A stretch of DNA of 64,000 bases, from NCBI RefSeq assembly GCF_009914755.1, contig NC_060929.1. One strand, written 5' to 3'. Of this stretch, positions 1-16,384 are shown in pieces. The notes beneath the pieces are model-generated. The model made no database searches. It saw only the letters and a list, made by a program, of their open reading frames with translations, and had not been told where the DNA came from. Every line of letters starts with the position of its first letter. Positions within the stretch are counted from its first letter, which is position 1. The translations under genes and the position numbers were made by a program. Source of the DNA: the human T2T-CHM13v2.0 reference genome, Homo sapiens.

Positions 1-98
1 TTACACATCTTTCTCAACTTTTTCCAAACTTACTGGTAGACCAGAAAGAAATCTAACTTCTTTTAGGCTTGAGTTCCATTGTCTAAAAGTAGTAACCA

Positions 99-425
<327 letters not shown>

Positions 426-1139
426 AGGTATGACCATTTTCTAATGTTTAGGAGGAGGGGAGCTTGGGGGCAGTATCTAAAACTGTCAGCTAGAGGAGGG
501 GCAATCTTGAAGTTCAAAAGCAGGAGACACCCCAGATCTCCTTCTGCAGAGCTTTAACATCCCACCTCTCACTGCTTCTTGTAATATTCATCAGAGTCGT
601 AAAAACTATTATCCAGCATAATATCTTTTAAATTGTTGGCAAAGAGTCACTTTAGAAGAGTGGCCTCCCTCTGCTCCCTTCCCGCCCCCTCCCAGATGGA
701 CCAGTGCTGTTTGTTAGGACGGCTTTGTTCCTCGTTGTTCAACTACACCTGGCATAGTGCTTTGCTCTGTCATAAGGCCATTTCAAAACACTCCCTCTTT
801 GTAACGTAAGCTTTGCTCGTGCTGAAACCTTGCCTTTCATTTGCTCTCCACAGCACTTGTCACACTGCATAATATAACCTAGACAATAGTGGCATACAAA
901 GAAATAACAACTGAACATAACCATCCACTATGGAACCACTAATGAGTGCCCTACCTTTTGAAGGCTTCTTAAAAACTAAAATACAGACAAGGATAAAGGG
1001 CAAGCCTGCAGGAAAAGTCAATAGAACCTCACAATGCGAAGACTTAACCCCTGTCGCTATCAACTCAGATTTTCGAGTTGTATCACCAGCCAGAACCTTC
1101 TCCACTTGTCTAGAGCCAAGTGCCACATCAGAGCCTGGC

Positions 1140-1197
1140 AAAAAAAAAAAAAGAAAGAAAGAAAAAAGAAAAAGAAAAAAAGAAAAAAAAAGAAAAT
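1140..1197. repeat. A-rich low-complexity tract
   Basis: aaaaaaaaaaaaagaaagaaagaaaaaagaaaaag... with no Alu/L1 body next to it. Confidence 0.9.
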
Positions 1198-1627
1198 TGC
1201 TTTTTCTCCATGCTGAGTGAAGATATAAACTTAGAAGCTATAGCTCATGTTGAAGGTTGTTTCACATTTTCTAAATACTAAAAAGACATTAAAATCAGTA
1301 TGGTCACATGAAATCAGCTCAGTTTCATAAATGTATAATGAAAAGAAGCAATTTTGTTGTAACCATTTTTAAAAATTACACAAAGATAATATCTATGATT
1401 TATGCTATTTCTGCCACTTTGATTCGTATTTTTATTTCTTGGTACATTAGGTTAATGTTTAAGGTCCATTCTGTGTTTCAGCTTATAAAATTAATGTCTA
1501 AGTGCCAGCATAAGGCAAAGCAAACCTTACATTGGAGGATCCCTCACTTCCAGTGACTGGAATCAACATATCCAGCCATTCACACAACACTTCTCAAATG
1601 TCAAAATAATGGCGTTTGTTCTCCTAA

Positions 1628-1810
1628 CGTTTATTGAGGGCTTACTATACCAGGCACTGCCCTAAATGCTTTGATGCACTAGTTTTAGCCTCATGATAAC
1701 TTTATGAAGTAGTAAATATTAGTAGCCCCTCATGGTTAGATGAGGAAACCGAGCCCAGAGACGGTAAGCAAGTTGTCCAAGGTCGTAGCGTGATATTGCC
1801 TTCGGAGCCC
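1628..1810 (-). mobile_element. MIR
   Basis: tttattgagggcttactataccaggcactg ... agatgaggaaaccgagcccagagacggtaagcaagttgtccaaggtc resembles the reverse MIR core. Confidence 0.85.
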
Positions 1811-2464
1811 AGGCTCATCTTGACTGATCCCCAGCACTGCCTCCATGACAGATCTGTGCTAGAATGGAGGAATAACCTGAGAAATTATTGGTGACACATG
1901 GAGAAAATTGAAATTGCATGGCTAAAGAGGTGGATAGTTACAAATAATTGCAAAGCCAGATTTGTAGACAAATTTCCCAGTTCTGCCTACTGAATGTCTG
2001 TGTTCCTAGCAGGTTCTCCTTCTTCTGGAGACAAATTGCATTCCCCTCTCCACACATCCCTAATGTGGTTATTGAGGGCCTCAACATACTCATAGGACCC
2101 AACACCTCACCTCCTGCCCTGGCTACAGGATTTGGAGCCAGGGGTGAGCACCTTCACTATTTCATTTAGCAAAGATTTAGCTGTTGGTGTGAGGGACAGC
2201 CAAAGGAGCGGCAAGAGGTGCTGCTGAGGGGGCTTGGCTGGGGTTTCGAGGCCCTAAAGGGCCTGTGATTCAGTTTTGCTAATTTCACATCTTTAACCCA
2301 GGGCTAGGCATGAACGCAAAACTCGAAATTTATATTCAATTTTCTAGTATGATTTCATAAAGCAAAACAAAACAAAAGCAAAAAAATCTCATTTAAGAAT
2401 ATATAAGAAATGTTCTTATATGAAAAGTGTCTTGAAGTAGAATATTTATTAACTAGAACAGAAG

Positions 2465-2771
<307 letters not shown>

Positions 2772-3384
2772 AATTAACTAGAACAGAAGTTTTATTACTT
2801 TCTCTGAATATGCCTCTTTTTACTGTAAGGCAAATTCATAGCTTTGCTGCAAGTTCAGAATGAAATTTTGTAGAAAGGGCTCTTAATAGCTATCTATCAA
2901 TCCCTCTTTTAAAAATACTTCATAGGGTCTTCTTCTACATCCCCTGGCTGCCAACAACTAGACAAGCAAGGGCTAATTGGGCAGTGAATGGCTATGCATT
3001 GGGGTACCTAGAACCATCCATGCACTATTCATTTAGTAACATTGGTTCTACTAGGAGAGATCCAAAGAAAGACAAGCACCTGGCTCCTGCCTACCGGCAG
3101 TAGATGGGAAAACAAGGCAGGCTTTTGTGGCCTAACTAGAGAACAATTCCAAAACAACATATATTATTTGGAGTGTTTGGTTCTGGCTTTCAGTGGATTC
3201 AGGGTTAGAGGAGTACTTTAGTCAGGGAAGCTGCTTAAAGACAGGGGTATAATTTTTGGGTGATGATTACACTAAATATCTATCTTTAGCAAGAAAGCTG
3301 CAGAATTTTACCTCCTACATTTGGGGAGAGTGTGGACAGGGTGAATGGGCTCTTTGTAAATCAGCTAAGGGCGCTGGGAATGAT

Positions 3385-3455
3385 TTACCGTGTACTCGAG
3401 GCAAGCTCATTTCCCCTCTGGGCCTCAGTTTCCTCATCTGTAAAAGATGGGTTTC
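3385..3455 (+). mobile_element. MIR core fragment
   Basis: ggcaagctcatttcccctctgggcctcagtttcctcatctgtaaaagatggg. Confidence 0.8.
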
Positions 3456-4001
3456 AACTGGAAAATTTTGTGGATTTCTGCCAACTCTGCCATCCTGAGG
3501 GCAGGGACTCTGGCTGTGTTTCCATGCACAGCAGTAGGCCAGGTCTGCAAACTGGTCCAGTGTTTGGAAGAATCTACTCAGCAGGAGAGGGTGTATGCTG
3601 ACTCTGCCTTGACAGGCAAGTGATGAGGACATTTTCCAGCCAAACTTCCTGGTGGTATTTTCATATAATGCTTACAGCAGCCTTTCCTTACCTTGGTACA
3701 TCTTCCCTGAGGGGCTTCATCAAACTTCAGGACAGATGGTATCCCTCACTTTTGCTAATTTGAATCTAGCAACATCTTTATGTTCTCTCTAACTTTTAAG
3801 TTGTTTGATGGAGTTGCCTAATTTTCTTTCTAAACTCATATGCTCTCATTTATCTATTTCCCTAGGATCTCTGTCTCTCTCTCATATTCAGATTGAGTTA
3901 CACAATCAGTTTTATTATCCACCACTCTCCATTCAACTAAAACCTAGATTTTATAATCAAAGTATTTCTGGGAGATATTAATAATATGTTATAAAAGTTA
4001 A

Positions 4002-4298
<297 letters not shown>

Positions 4299-4767
4299 AA
4301 GTTAAAGTCATTTTTAATTAACACCATACTATGCTTATAATTGTATTTTCCATAAAGTTCTTTAAACTTATGGAATCCTAATCAAAAGCAGAATTTGGGC
4401 ACTTTTCATCGTACTTTTTCCAGATACTAATATGATAGACCTCTCCCATGAATGAGGTATGTTCTGTAGCTGCTTTCTTCTATGAAGCTAGGAGAAATAA
4501 TATTGATACATTTTAGCATTTCCCAAGTATATTCCAAATAACACTACACAAATATAGAACAAGGGGACTCATAATCTCTGTAGTAATTTGTATGCAATAT
4601 TTGATATTGGAAAATAAGTTTCTAGGATTACACTAATTAAATTAATGAAATATCATATAGTTAAGGTACAGATCTCTGTCATGTTAGTTTAGTTCAAAAC
4701 CATAACCTTTAGTTTTAACTAGCATGAAAGTCATAGGCAACAATTTCTCAAAACACGTCCCTTTTAG

Positions 4768-5289
<522 letters not shown>

Positions 5290-6569
5290 AGTATTTGTAA
5301 ATCAAGTTAACAATCAAATGGGCTAAAACCATCAAGCCAGTTTAGGTTTGTGGACAGTCTCTGTTTAAATCCCAATAGAAGAGAAGCTGCTCATCATTCC
5401 CCATCACTGCAAATAACAACAGAGCTTAGCCCAGGCTGTAGCAAACTTTAGAGACGAAGCTTCTGGTCTAACACAGGAGAGGATCCTAAGCGCCCTGGCA
5501 GGAACAGCACAGGGGAGCTGGAGGAGGGTCCCTGTCTCTATCAGTTCCAGGGCACTATCAGCCTCAGGCCTGCCAAGGGGCACCTTTTGATTCAGAGGAG
5601 TGGGTTGCTAAGAGGAGGGGAGGCATTTCTGAATCTTAACTTCTGTGCTTGATGAATGTTTTCCAAATAAATGCTCTATTCTCTTGTCCAGTAATAATTC
5701 CACAACCCTTCTATATATTTGTGAAGAATCACACCTGTTGACCCTTCGATAGTCACAAGAAAAGCCCTGAAAGATGGAAGGAGAAGCCGTTGAATTTGTT
5801 GGTGCTTTTAGTTATTTCTGAGAGAAAGGTGGCATTGCCGCAATCCACTAAAGCCACGTACCGCGTCAAAGCTAAAAAGCTGTCACATAAAAGCACCACC
5901 TGTAGCCACTCCTTTGAAAGGAAAGTCCTTGGCAAACAATGGCCTGAGTGAGCCAGTTTAATCAGACAGGAGTCAAGACCACTGAGACATAAATTAAGCA
6001 TTCATCCTTGAGTAGCAGCCAAGCAGCCAAAGCCCCCATAATCCCAATTAATCCCATTTTGTGCGGTTGCCCTTGGGCCAAGGGCAGAGGGGAAGGGAAT
6101 CTGCACACGCTGGTTCTGCATCAGCTCTTTATCTTTACAGGGGGTGGGGCTGTAATAAAGGAGAGCACCTATGCAATTGTTCCTATCCTGATGTTGGAGC
6201 AATCAGAGCCTTCCCCTGCCCGGCTTCTGTGATCTGTCAGCAAGAACTTACTTCAAGGGCATCCTACACTTTTGGAAAGTTAGGTGCTTGGGCTCCTTTG
6301 AAGACAGACATGACTCTGTTTCATTTTCCTTTGTTTGTACAACTAAACTGACTTCCCATCACCCACTCCTGCAGTCACACAGAATGAACAAATGCTCTAC
6401 AATCTCCCTGGAACTCGTTTTTGCCATTGATCCTCTGTTCTCATAGAAAAATTACCTAGCTTCCCAGGGATAGGAAATTTCTTTCCAGAGAGCAGCGATT
6501 CTGTCTGCAGACAGAGTCAGCCTAGTGAGGCCGCTGCTTACCTCTCTCACACCTTATGTGAAGGACATG

Positions 6570-7185
6570 GCAGAGTCTGAGCTCTGAAAACACACCCTCC
6601 CCTTGGCTGCGGATTCACTGTGCTCAGGCCCTCGCATCCCCTTCCCACTTTATCAGAAGCCCTTACAGACACCAGCTGAGTGCTAAGGGCTCTGTGGTGG
6701 AGACTGCTGCATGACTGGTCACTTCTGGCCACCAGAAATCTTCCCTTCTTTGGCCACACTAGTAGGCCCTGTCTCCCAGATTTCCTTGTAGTTGGAGGGA
6801 AATAAGATGACATGAAACTAGATTTTCCCGGTAGAATGTGAGCACGAGTGATGTGTACCACATCTTGCTTGGGCTCATAAAGTCCTCCTGGACATACTCG
6901 TCCACACTCTTTCCCCCTTTCTGTCTAACTGAGATGGAAATGCCTCCCCTATTCTGCCCTCCTCCAAGTGTTCTCCTGGAAGACAGATTTTAAAGGTCAC
7001 CGTCAGCCTGAGTGCCAGGGTGACTGTCTGGAGCAGAGCCCTGCCTCCCAGCCACGTTTCTGTTTGTCTACATGATTTTTCAATTCTGCTATAATGTGAG
7101 GTGAGCAAGAAATAAACTTCCATTGTGCTGAGCAACTATATGTTTGGGTCTATTTATTGCTTCAGGCTGACCTACCTAACCATAC
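6570..7185 (+). mobile_element. MLT1-family (ERVL-MaLR) solo LTR, old subfamily
   Basis: 3' end tgagcaagaaataaacttccattgtgctgagcaacta...ctaaccataca typical of MLT1; 5' boundary uncertain. Confidence 0.65.
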
Positions 7186-7737
7186 AGGCTCAAAACATGT
7201 CAGCCTCCTGACCCTCTGTAGGCTCTACCCCCAGACCACCAATCCCTGGCCACAGGTCAGGAGAAAAGGAAGAGAGGCCAAGGTGGCCAGGGCTTCTGAG
7301 CCCAACTGAAATTTTCCACTCTGGGCTTTAGAATCTCCCTGATGACAAGGGGCCTCTATTCTAGTAAGTCTCTGTCCACAGTGACCCTTCCTGGATATGA
7401 GTGCTTTGGTTCTTGGTGGGCTGGCCCTGAGGGTTCTTCTCCATTCAGAGGACAGGCCTTTTGGCAGTAGGCTCTGCTGAGTCATACGTGACTCAGGCTT
7501 ATGAATAAGCCCACTAAGACTGTTGGAGAGCAGTAATGACTTTTTGCAGGAATTGGGGCTGAGAAGAAATCTGCATGCATCCTACTCACTTCTGGGAAGA
7601 TGGAAAAGCACTGCAACTTTTCACTCCAATCAAATTTAGGAGAATGAGCGTCTGTGGGCTCTTGCTTTCACTGCAGTGAGTCCTTGTCACTTGAAGTTTG
7701 TTTCCTGAGGAGTGTCAAATTTAATTTCCAGACTTCA

Positions 7738-8033
<296 letters not shown>

Positions 8034-8474
8034 AGAGAGGAATAGATAACATTCACAGTCTCATGACCAATATACTGGCATCATGAGATTAGATTTAGGG
8101 AATCTAATTAGCATTAAGAATAGGACAAATAGGACATTGTGCACTTCGATCAATGTTAAGTTCAAAGAAAAACCACCTGTATTTCAAGTAGATAGGGCTG
8201 TTTTCTTTGACAGAAAAAATATACACTATGATTTGAAAGAATCAGACTCATTAACAGGCAATGTGGAGAGGATACAGGTACGATAAAAATCATTATTTAA
8301 GAAGAAAGTGTCTTACTCAAACTCATTGTTGCTCATTTTAGAGTTTTTCCAAACTCCACAGTTGTTGATTAGAAGTTACAAAGCAAGGAGAGAGGCAGTC
8401 TGCTCCTACAGAAAAGTCAGCTCCCTCTAGATACGTAATCCAGTTAAAACTGAGTTTCTTCTGGGTATCTTGTA

Positions 8475-8945
8475 ACATTGCTGGTGGAAATGTAAGTTTG
8501 GCAGTTTCTAAAAAAATTATGTACTTACCATATTACTCAATAATTGTACATTGAGCATTTATCCCAAATAAATAAAAACTGATGTCCACACAACAACCTG
8601 TATACAATTGTTCACAGCAGCTTTACTTGTAATAGCCAAAAGCAGGAAACAACTGAAATGTCCTATAATAGGTGAATGATTAAACAGACTGTGGTACACC
8701 CCTACCATGGAATACTACTCCGTAATAAAAAAAAGAACCAACTATTTATACATGACACAACTCAGATGAATCTCAAGGACATTATACTGAGTGAAAAAAG
8801 TCAATCTTGAAAGTCACTGTTATTGTATGAATTTGCTGTACGAATACCGTATGTATGATTCCCTGCATATAACATTCTCAAAATGACAAAATTATACAGA
8901 TTAAGAATAAACTAGTCATTCTATGGGTTAGGGATGTTGGGGTAA
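8475..8945 (+). mobile_element. L1M (L1MC/MD-like) ORF2 end and 3'UTR fragment
   Basis: cattgctggtggaaatgtaa...aatagccaaaagcaggaaacaactgaaatgtcc...atggaatactactc...gatgaatctcaaggacattatactgagtgaaaaaagtcaatct. Confidence 0.88.
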
Positions 8946-9071
8946 ACTTGCAGAAAAAAATGAGTTTCTAATTTCCACTTCACGTGGCACAGGTAATTTT
9001 TAAATTAAACCTTAATTATTTCTAACTCTGCATTTTCATGTGTGATAAATATCTTTGAAAAAGAGTAACCA

Positions 9072-9425
<354 letters not shown>

Positions 9426-9578
9426 TCAAATAATCTCTTTTATTTGGGGAATTCAAAAGTGAGGCAGACACTCCCAAGGATAAATAAGACAATCTGTTGG
9501 AGAGTGGGAGAGAAATAGTAGAATGCCTGTTTCTATTTATTGCATATCCTTTGTATTTAAAATATCTCAGATATTTTA

Positions 9579-9883
9579 GGCCGGGTGCAGTTGCTCAGGC
9601 CCATAATCCCAGCACCTTGGGAGGCCAAGGCAGGTAGATCACCTGAGGTCAGAAGTTCGAGACCAGCGTGGTCAACATGGTGAAACCCCATCTCTATTAA
9701 GAACAAAGTCGGGCATGGTGGTGGGGGCTTGTAGTCCCAGCTACTTGAAGGCTAAGGCAGGAGAATCGCTTGAATCCGGGAGGCAGAGGTTGCAGTGAGC
9801 CGAGATCATGCCACTGCACTCCGGCCAGGGTGTGGCAGAGTGAAACTCTGTCTCAAAAAAATAAATAAATAAAATAAATAAAT
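9579..9883 (+). mobile_element. AluS with shortened linker
   Basis: Alu body with (AAAT)n tail; partial TSD atctcaga. Confidence 0.95.

Positions 9884-9886
<3 letters not shown>

Positions 9887-9923
<37 letters not shown>
9887..9923. repeat. (CA)n microsatellite, ~18 units
   Basis: Uninterrupted acacac... between the Alu tail and the 3' TSD copy. Confidence 0.98.
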
Positions 9924-9924
<1 letters not shown>

Positions 9925-10402
9925 CTCAGAGTATGTTTTATAACGTATATGATTTATTAGCTTCATAGTACCAAGATATCACTGATACATGTGAATATGG
10001 GGATACAAGCTCAAAAATGTTTTCCTGATGGGAATGTGTGATCCAAGGAGTAGTGTGCCTAACGTCAGCCATCAGCCCATAGGATCTGGCTCAACCATCT
10101 GATTTTTTTATGTGTATGGTCAGCATTTGACAGCTGAAGCCTTTTCAAATATTCTCTGGTAGAATGTAGATTGTTCTTTTTTATCTGGGGGGAAACTGTA
10201 CATGTAAGTTAAAATGGGCAGCAACGTGTTTGGAAAATGTAAGACAATTGGGTCTATATTCCATATCTCCAACTTGCCCCTGAGGCCCTCCAAGTGGAAG
10301 AGAAACAGATGCTGTTTCTGACATCTAAATAGTCAACTGTCTCTCACTAATTTATTTACCGATAAGCAAGCATCACTTCTTTCATTAGAAAATTCAAGAT
10401 TT

Positions 10403-10716
10403 GGCCAGGCACAGTGACTCACGCCTGTAATCCCACTTTGGGAGGCCAAGGTGGGTGGATCACCAGAGATCAGAAGTTTGAGACCAGCCTGGCCAACATG
10501 GTGAAACCCCATCTCTACTAAAAATACAAAGTTAGCTGGGCATGGTGGTAGGTGCCTGTAATCCCAGCTACTTCGGAGGCTGAGGCAGGAGAATGGCTTG
10601 AACCTGGGAGGCAGAGGTGCAGTGAGCCAAGCTCGCCCCATTGCACTCCAGCCTGGGCAACAAGAGTGAAACTCCATCTCAAAAAAAAAAAAAAAAAAGA
10701 AAAAGAAAAAAGAAAA
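10403..10716 (+). mobile_element. AluS
   Basis: Alu body; TSD agaaaattcaagattt. Confidence 0.97.
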
Positions 10717-11319
10717 GAAAATTCAAGATTTTTTCCTTTAAATATCTGTGTTATTATTATTATTTAGAGCAAGGTGAGATTGCCTTTGAATATCTTATGG
10801 CCAATTGCTATGGCTGTTGTTTTAAATCTAAAGGAGAGAATATTCCCTGCGAAGATGTAAGGAAAGCCCTATCTGTTGGCCCTCTGTTTGCCCTCAACTG
10901 TTGGTATATGTGGCAGGGAGTCCTGCCTTTGGTCTTCTTTTCTTCTCACCCAGCTTGCATTTCCTAGGTTACTCTCATCAACTTTTATAGTTGTAACTGC
11001 TTCACTATGGTAAAAGGGTAAGGCTCTGTCTCCAGAGAGATCATGCTCCTGAGCACTCCTCAAATGCAATTGCCCACAAAGCATGTTCCATCAGTATGGC
11101 CCCAAGAAGCAAGCACACCTTCACACTCAGATTGAGCTCAATATCTTGCAGGCCTCCTCATTTCAAACCTACTCCTTCTATTATATGCCTCATCTTTGTC
11201 TGTAATTTACGTGTTCATCCTAGCCAGAAATATGGTGGTTATCTGAGATTTTTTCTTCTCTCTTGCATTTTACATTGTTGAGTTTTACTTTTTTATTATC
11301 TCTAAATTCCTCTATGCAT

Positions 11320-12015
11320 TAGACCTACGTATATCAACATGGATAAATCTCAAAAACATAATACAAAGAAAGCAAGTTACAAAAGGATACATGGGATGAT
11401 ATGTAAAATTCTAAATATATGGAAGAGTATTGTATTTTGTTTATGGATACATACGTGTGTGTAAAAACTAAAAATCATGTATGGAGGCCAGGTGCAGTGG
11501 TTCATGCCTGTAATCACTTTGGGAGGCTGAGACGGGAGTATCACTTGAGGTCAGGAGTTCAAGACCAGCCTGGCCAACATGGTGAAATCCTGTCTCTACT
11601 AAAAATACAAAAATTAGCTGGGCGTGGTGGCGTGAGCCTATAATCCCAGCTACACGGGAGGCTGAGGCAGGAGAATCACTTGAACCCAGGAAGCGGAGGT
11701 TGCAGTGAGCCGAGATTGCACTACTGCACCCCAGCCTGAGTGACAGAGTGAGACTCCATCTCAAAGAAAATAATAATAAAATAAAAAATAAAAATAGAAA
11801 TCATGCATGGAAATAATACACTCAACCTCAGGACAGTGATGGCCTTTAAGGAGGAAGGAGAGGAGTAAGAGTTGGGGATAAGGCTACATCTCTTTTTAAA
11901 AAGTGGAAACATTTTGACACGTTAATTCTTGGTTATAGTCACATGGGTGTTAGTTATGCTATTATGTGAATTTTCCTGTATGTTTGAAATATTTCAGAAT
12001 TATAACTATTTTAAG
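11320..12015 (+). mobile_element. L1ME 3'UTR fragment, interrupted by an Alu
   Basis: caacatggataaatctcaaaaacataat...tttatggatacatacgtgtgt...tgtatgtttgaaatatttca. Confidence 0.8.
11486..11797 (+). mobile_element. AluS
   Basis: Alu body; TSD aaatcatgtatgga/aaatcatgcatgga. Confidence 0.97.
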
Positions 12016-12235
12016 GGGAAAAAATCTTAATTCCTCCCCTCACCTCTCTATCCATGGCCAAAGGGCCTAGTTTAAGTTCCTGATATTTCTCCTTGGATTA
12101 TTACAATAGTGACACTGTTTTCCCAGCCTCCATTTTCGCTTCTTTTTAGCCTACCCATCACATTCAGATAAAATACACATTGTAAAACAAAAATTGGAGC
12201 ATGTTATACCCATTTGTGGCCCTTTAATGGCCTAT

Positions 12236-12990
<755 letters not shown>

Positions 12991-13565
12991 CCTTAACATT
13001 TAAGGACAAATGTCCTTTCCTTAGCAAGGCTCACACGGTACTCTGTGCAGGCACCCCGAGCCAGCTGTCCAGCCTCATTTCTGTTGCTGTATCCTTTATT
13101 CCCTATGCTCCCGCCATTCTGAACTGTCTGCATGTGTTCTGCTGTTTCTTGTCCCTCTTGCCTTTGCATGTTATTCCCTCTGTCTTCACCAGGCAAACAG
13201 CCACTTATTCTTCACGGCCTCAACTCAGATCTTCTTGATCAACCCTTTCCCAATCAATTTTCAGCTTCCATCTTCATCCCATCAGAAACGACCACACCTC
13301 AACGGTCTTTGCCTTTATTTTTTCTTGAATACACAATATGGAAACTCAGCACCACTCTTTCTAGACTATGAATCCTTCCAGGGCGGAAAATGTATTTTAT
13401 CATATTTGCATCTTTGGTGCTTAGTACTTTATTGAGTCTCAATAAATGTTTGTCAAATTAAATGCAACCTTTTGACTATTGATTAAACTTCCCTAGTTCT
13501 CAGAAACTAAGAAAGGTATGCTGTGAACAGAAGAGACTAAATAGTCTAGTTTCCAAGACAAGTGA

Positions 13566-13880
<315 letters not shown>

Positions 13881-14012
13881 CTCTAGTTGTGAGTTAATAC
13901 ATCAATATTCTGCTAAAATATTTATCTAGCTTAGAATCTGATCATTTTCATTTGAGCTAGGGTGGGGGTCCAAACATTGAATCATGGAGCCACCAATAAG
14001 ATGCTGCATATC

Positions 14013-14329
14013 GGCTGGGTGCAGTGGCTCACGCCTGTCATCCTAGCACTTTGGGAGGCTGAGTTTGAGGCAGGCGAATCACCTGAGATCAGGAGTTCTA
14101 GACCAGCCTGGCCAACATGGTGAAACCCTGTCTCTACTAAAAATACAAAAGTTAGCCAGGCATGGTGGCAAGGCACCTATAATCCCAGCTACTCGGGAGG
14201 CTGAGGCATGAGACTCGCTTGAACTTGGGGGGCAGAGTTTGCAGTGAGCCAAGATTGTGCCACTTCACTCCAGCCTGGGCGAAAGAGAGAAACTTCATTT
14301 CAAAAAAGAAAAAAAAAGAAAAAAAAAAA
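14013..14329 (+). mobile_element. AluS
   Basis: Alu body; TSD aagatgctgcatatc/aagatgccgcatatc. Confidence 0.97.
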
Positions 14330-16384
14330 GATGCCGCATATCCTTGGAAGGTGTGGTTTAGGAGCTGGCTGATCTTACTCATTATACTACTGGGCAGTGT
14401 TCTGTGAGGACAGCGGAGACTAAGGTGTATTTGCCTTATGAAACTTCACATCAGCAGGGCGTGCTAAGGAAATCAGAGGGCAAATCCCTGACCACTGTGC
14501 TAATAGCTAGAGTCACCCACCTCCAATTCTCGGAAGAGGCCCTGGAATCAGACTCTGATTGAGGCCTTTATTATCCACTGTTGCAGGAGAACAAAGGGAG
14601 GGACTGAATCCAGGATAGTCACACTGTGGGGTGATGTGCACCAAACCCTTCTTTAAGGCATCGTTGGGTTTTGTGTTCAAGGACAGCCCCCAGGCAGAGA
14701 CACTCTATTGTTACACCACTCAGATTCATAAACAACCAGGAGATTGAGTCCGTTAGGGACAAAAGTGAGCATAGAACATACATCTAGAAACAATGGAAGC
14801 ACTGTTGTTTGTCTGCTTGTTTATTTGGAGGAGAAAATGCAAATCAAAGAACAAGAAAATAACTCTTTGGTCAACCAAGAAGCATAAATGTCACCTCCAA
14901 GGCTTTATATATTCAAGTGAGAGCAAATTCCAGCATTAGCAAATGCTTTACTACTACCGAGAGAGAGGACTAGCGGCTTCCTCTGCTGCCTCCATTTCTA
15001 ATTTTCTTAAATTCAGGAAAATGTGCAAAATGACTTTATGCCTCTATCACATGCTACAAAGCAGAGTTCATTTGGGTGGTTCTGGCAGAGAGGTTGTTCA
15101 TGAATGTTGTTAATGTACACTAGAAGACATCTGATGTGAAGTTCATAATTGAAATGTTATGAGCAGTTTAGCATATGGATCCTTCACATCCACTTAATTG
15201 CCAGTTTAGTAATAATTTTATGTAATGAGGCATTATTAATAATACGTGAAATACGAAATTGACGTAATGCCCTAAAAACGTAATATGACATTTACCACTG
15301 AAAAAGCGTTATGATTCCAGGTGTCTTTACTGATTTCAAAAACATATGTGATATTACATAAAATATTAAAATCAGTCTTTAGAACAGCTTGGTTATGATG
15401 TATTTCAAATTCGTTCTCCAAATTATAGTCCATTTTTGACAAAAAGGGCAAAACTTTGCTTGCACTTGTGGACTTGCATTTCAACTGCTGCTGGAAGCTC
15501 TCGTGCCATTTGATGTTTGCCATCCTGTTCTTCCATGGCTGAGGGGGCATCTGATATGGCAGAGAGGGAAGCCAGACAGAGAAAAGTCAGATTTGTTCAT
15601 GATCAAGCATGAAGAAAATATAGGGAAACAGAAGCCAAATGCTTGCTATTGACAACTCCTCAAAATTTCATCACACTTCAGGGACTGGTTTTTTGCATCT
15701 TTGTACAGTTCTTAAAACCTTATGACTGGAGCCGTGATTATCATTTGCAAGGCCTGCGGGAAGAGTGCAATTGGAGGCCCATACACCATAGGTTTACATA
15801 TTTGAAAGTTATAAGTGAAACTAACAAACTAGTAAATAAAATAGGATCTTTTCTACCTTGACAAATATTCCGTAATGACAAAATGGAAAAATATGTAAAA
15901 AGCCTTGTTTTTTATATATATGACTTAAAGTTATATCAAATACAAAAGACAACCGAATGATTGTCTTTGATTTTTGTGCATGTGGGAGTGTTCCATTGTT
16001 GGGTTGGTAAAATTTGAATGGGTAACAAAATAAAAACATACGTAATTCATTAAAATGTAAAACTTAGCCAATAAAATTTCTTTTTTATTACAACAAAATT
16101 ATTAAAGATGTTGTAATAAACATTTTAACATAATTTATATTCTATTAATGGCAGTGACCTAAATGAATAAAAAGTAGAAAGTATATAGTATGGAAAGTCT
16201 AATATATTTTTATAACAAATTAAATATTAAAATATTATTTTTATATATTTTTTCTAAAAATTATTTTTCTTCGAAAATACTCAGAATTATTTGTTAAACT
16301 TAAAAGGCAGACTGAAAATTATAATTAGTAAATATAAAAAATGTTAGCCTCTTTACTTAAGCAATGCTGAAAATTTGGTGGTTG

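Noticed and set aside
8040-8400. Possible CR1 RT remnant next to the truncated Alu
   Set aside because: Only vague resemblance; no motif could be translated convincingly
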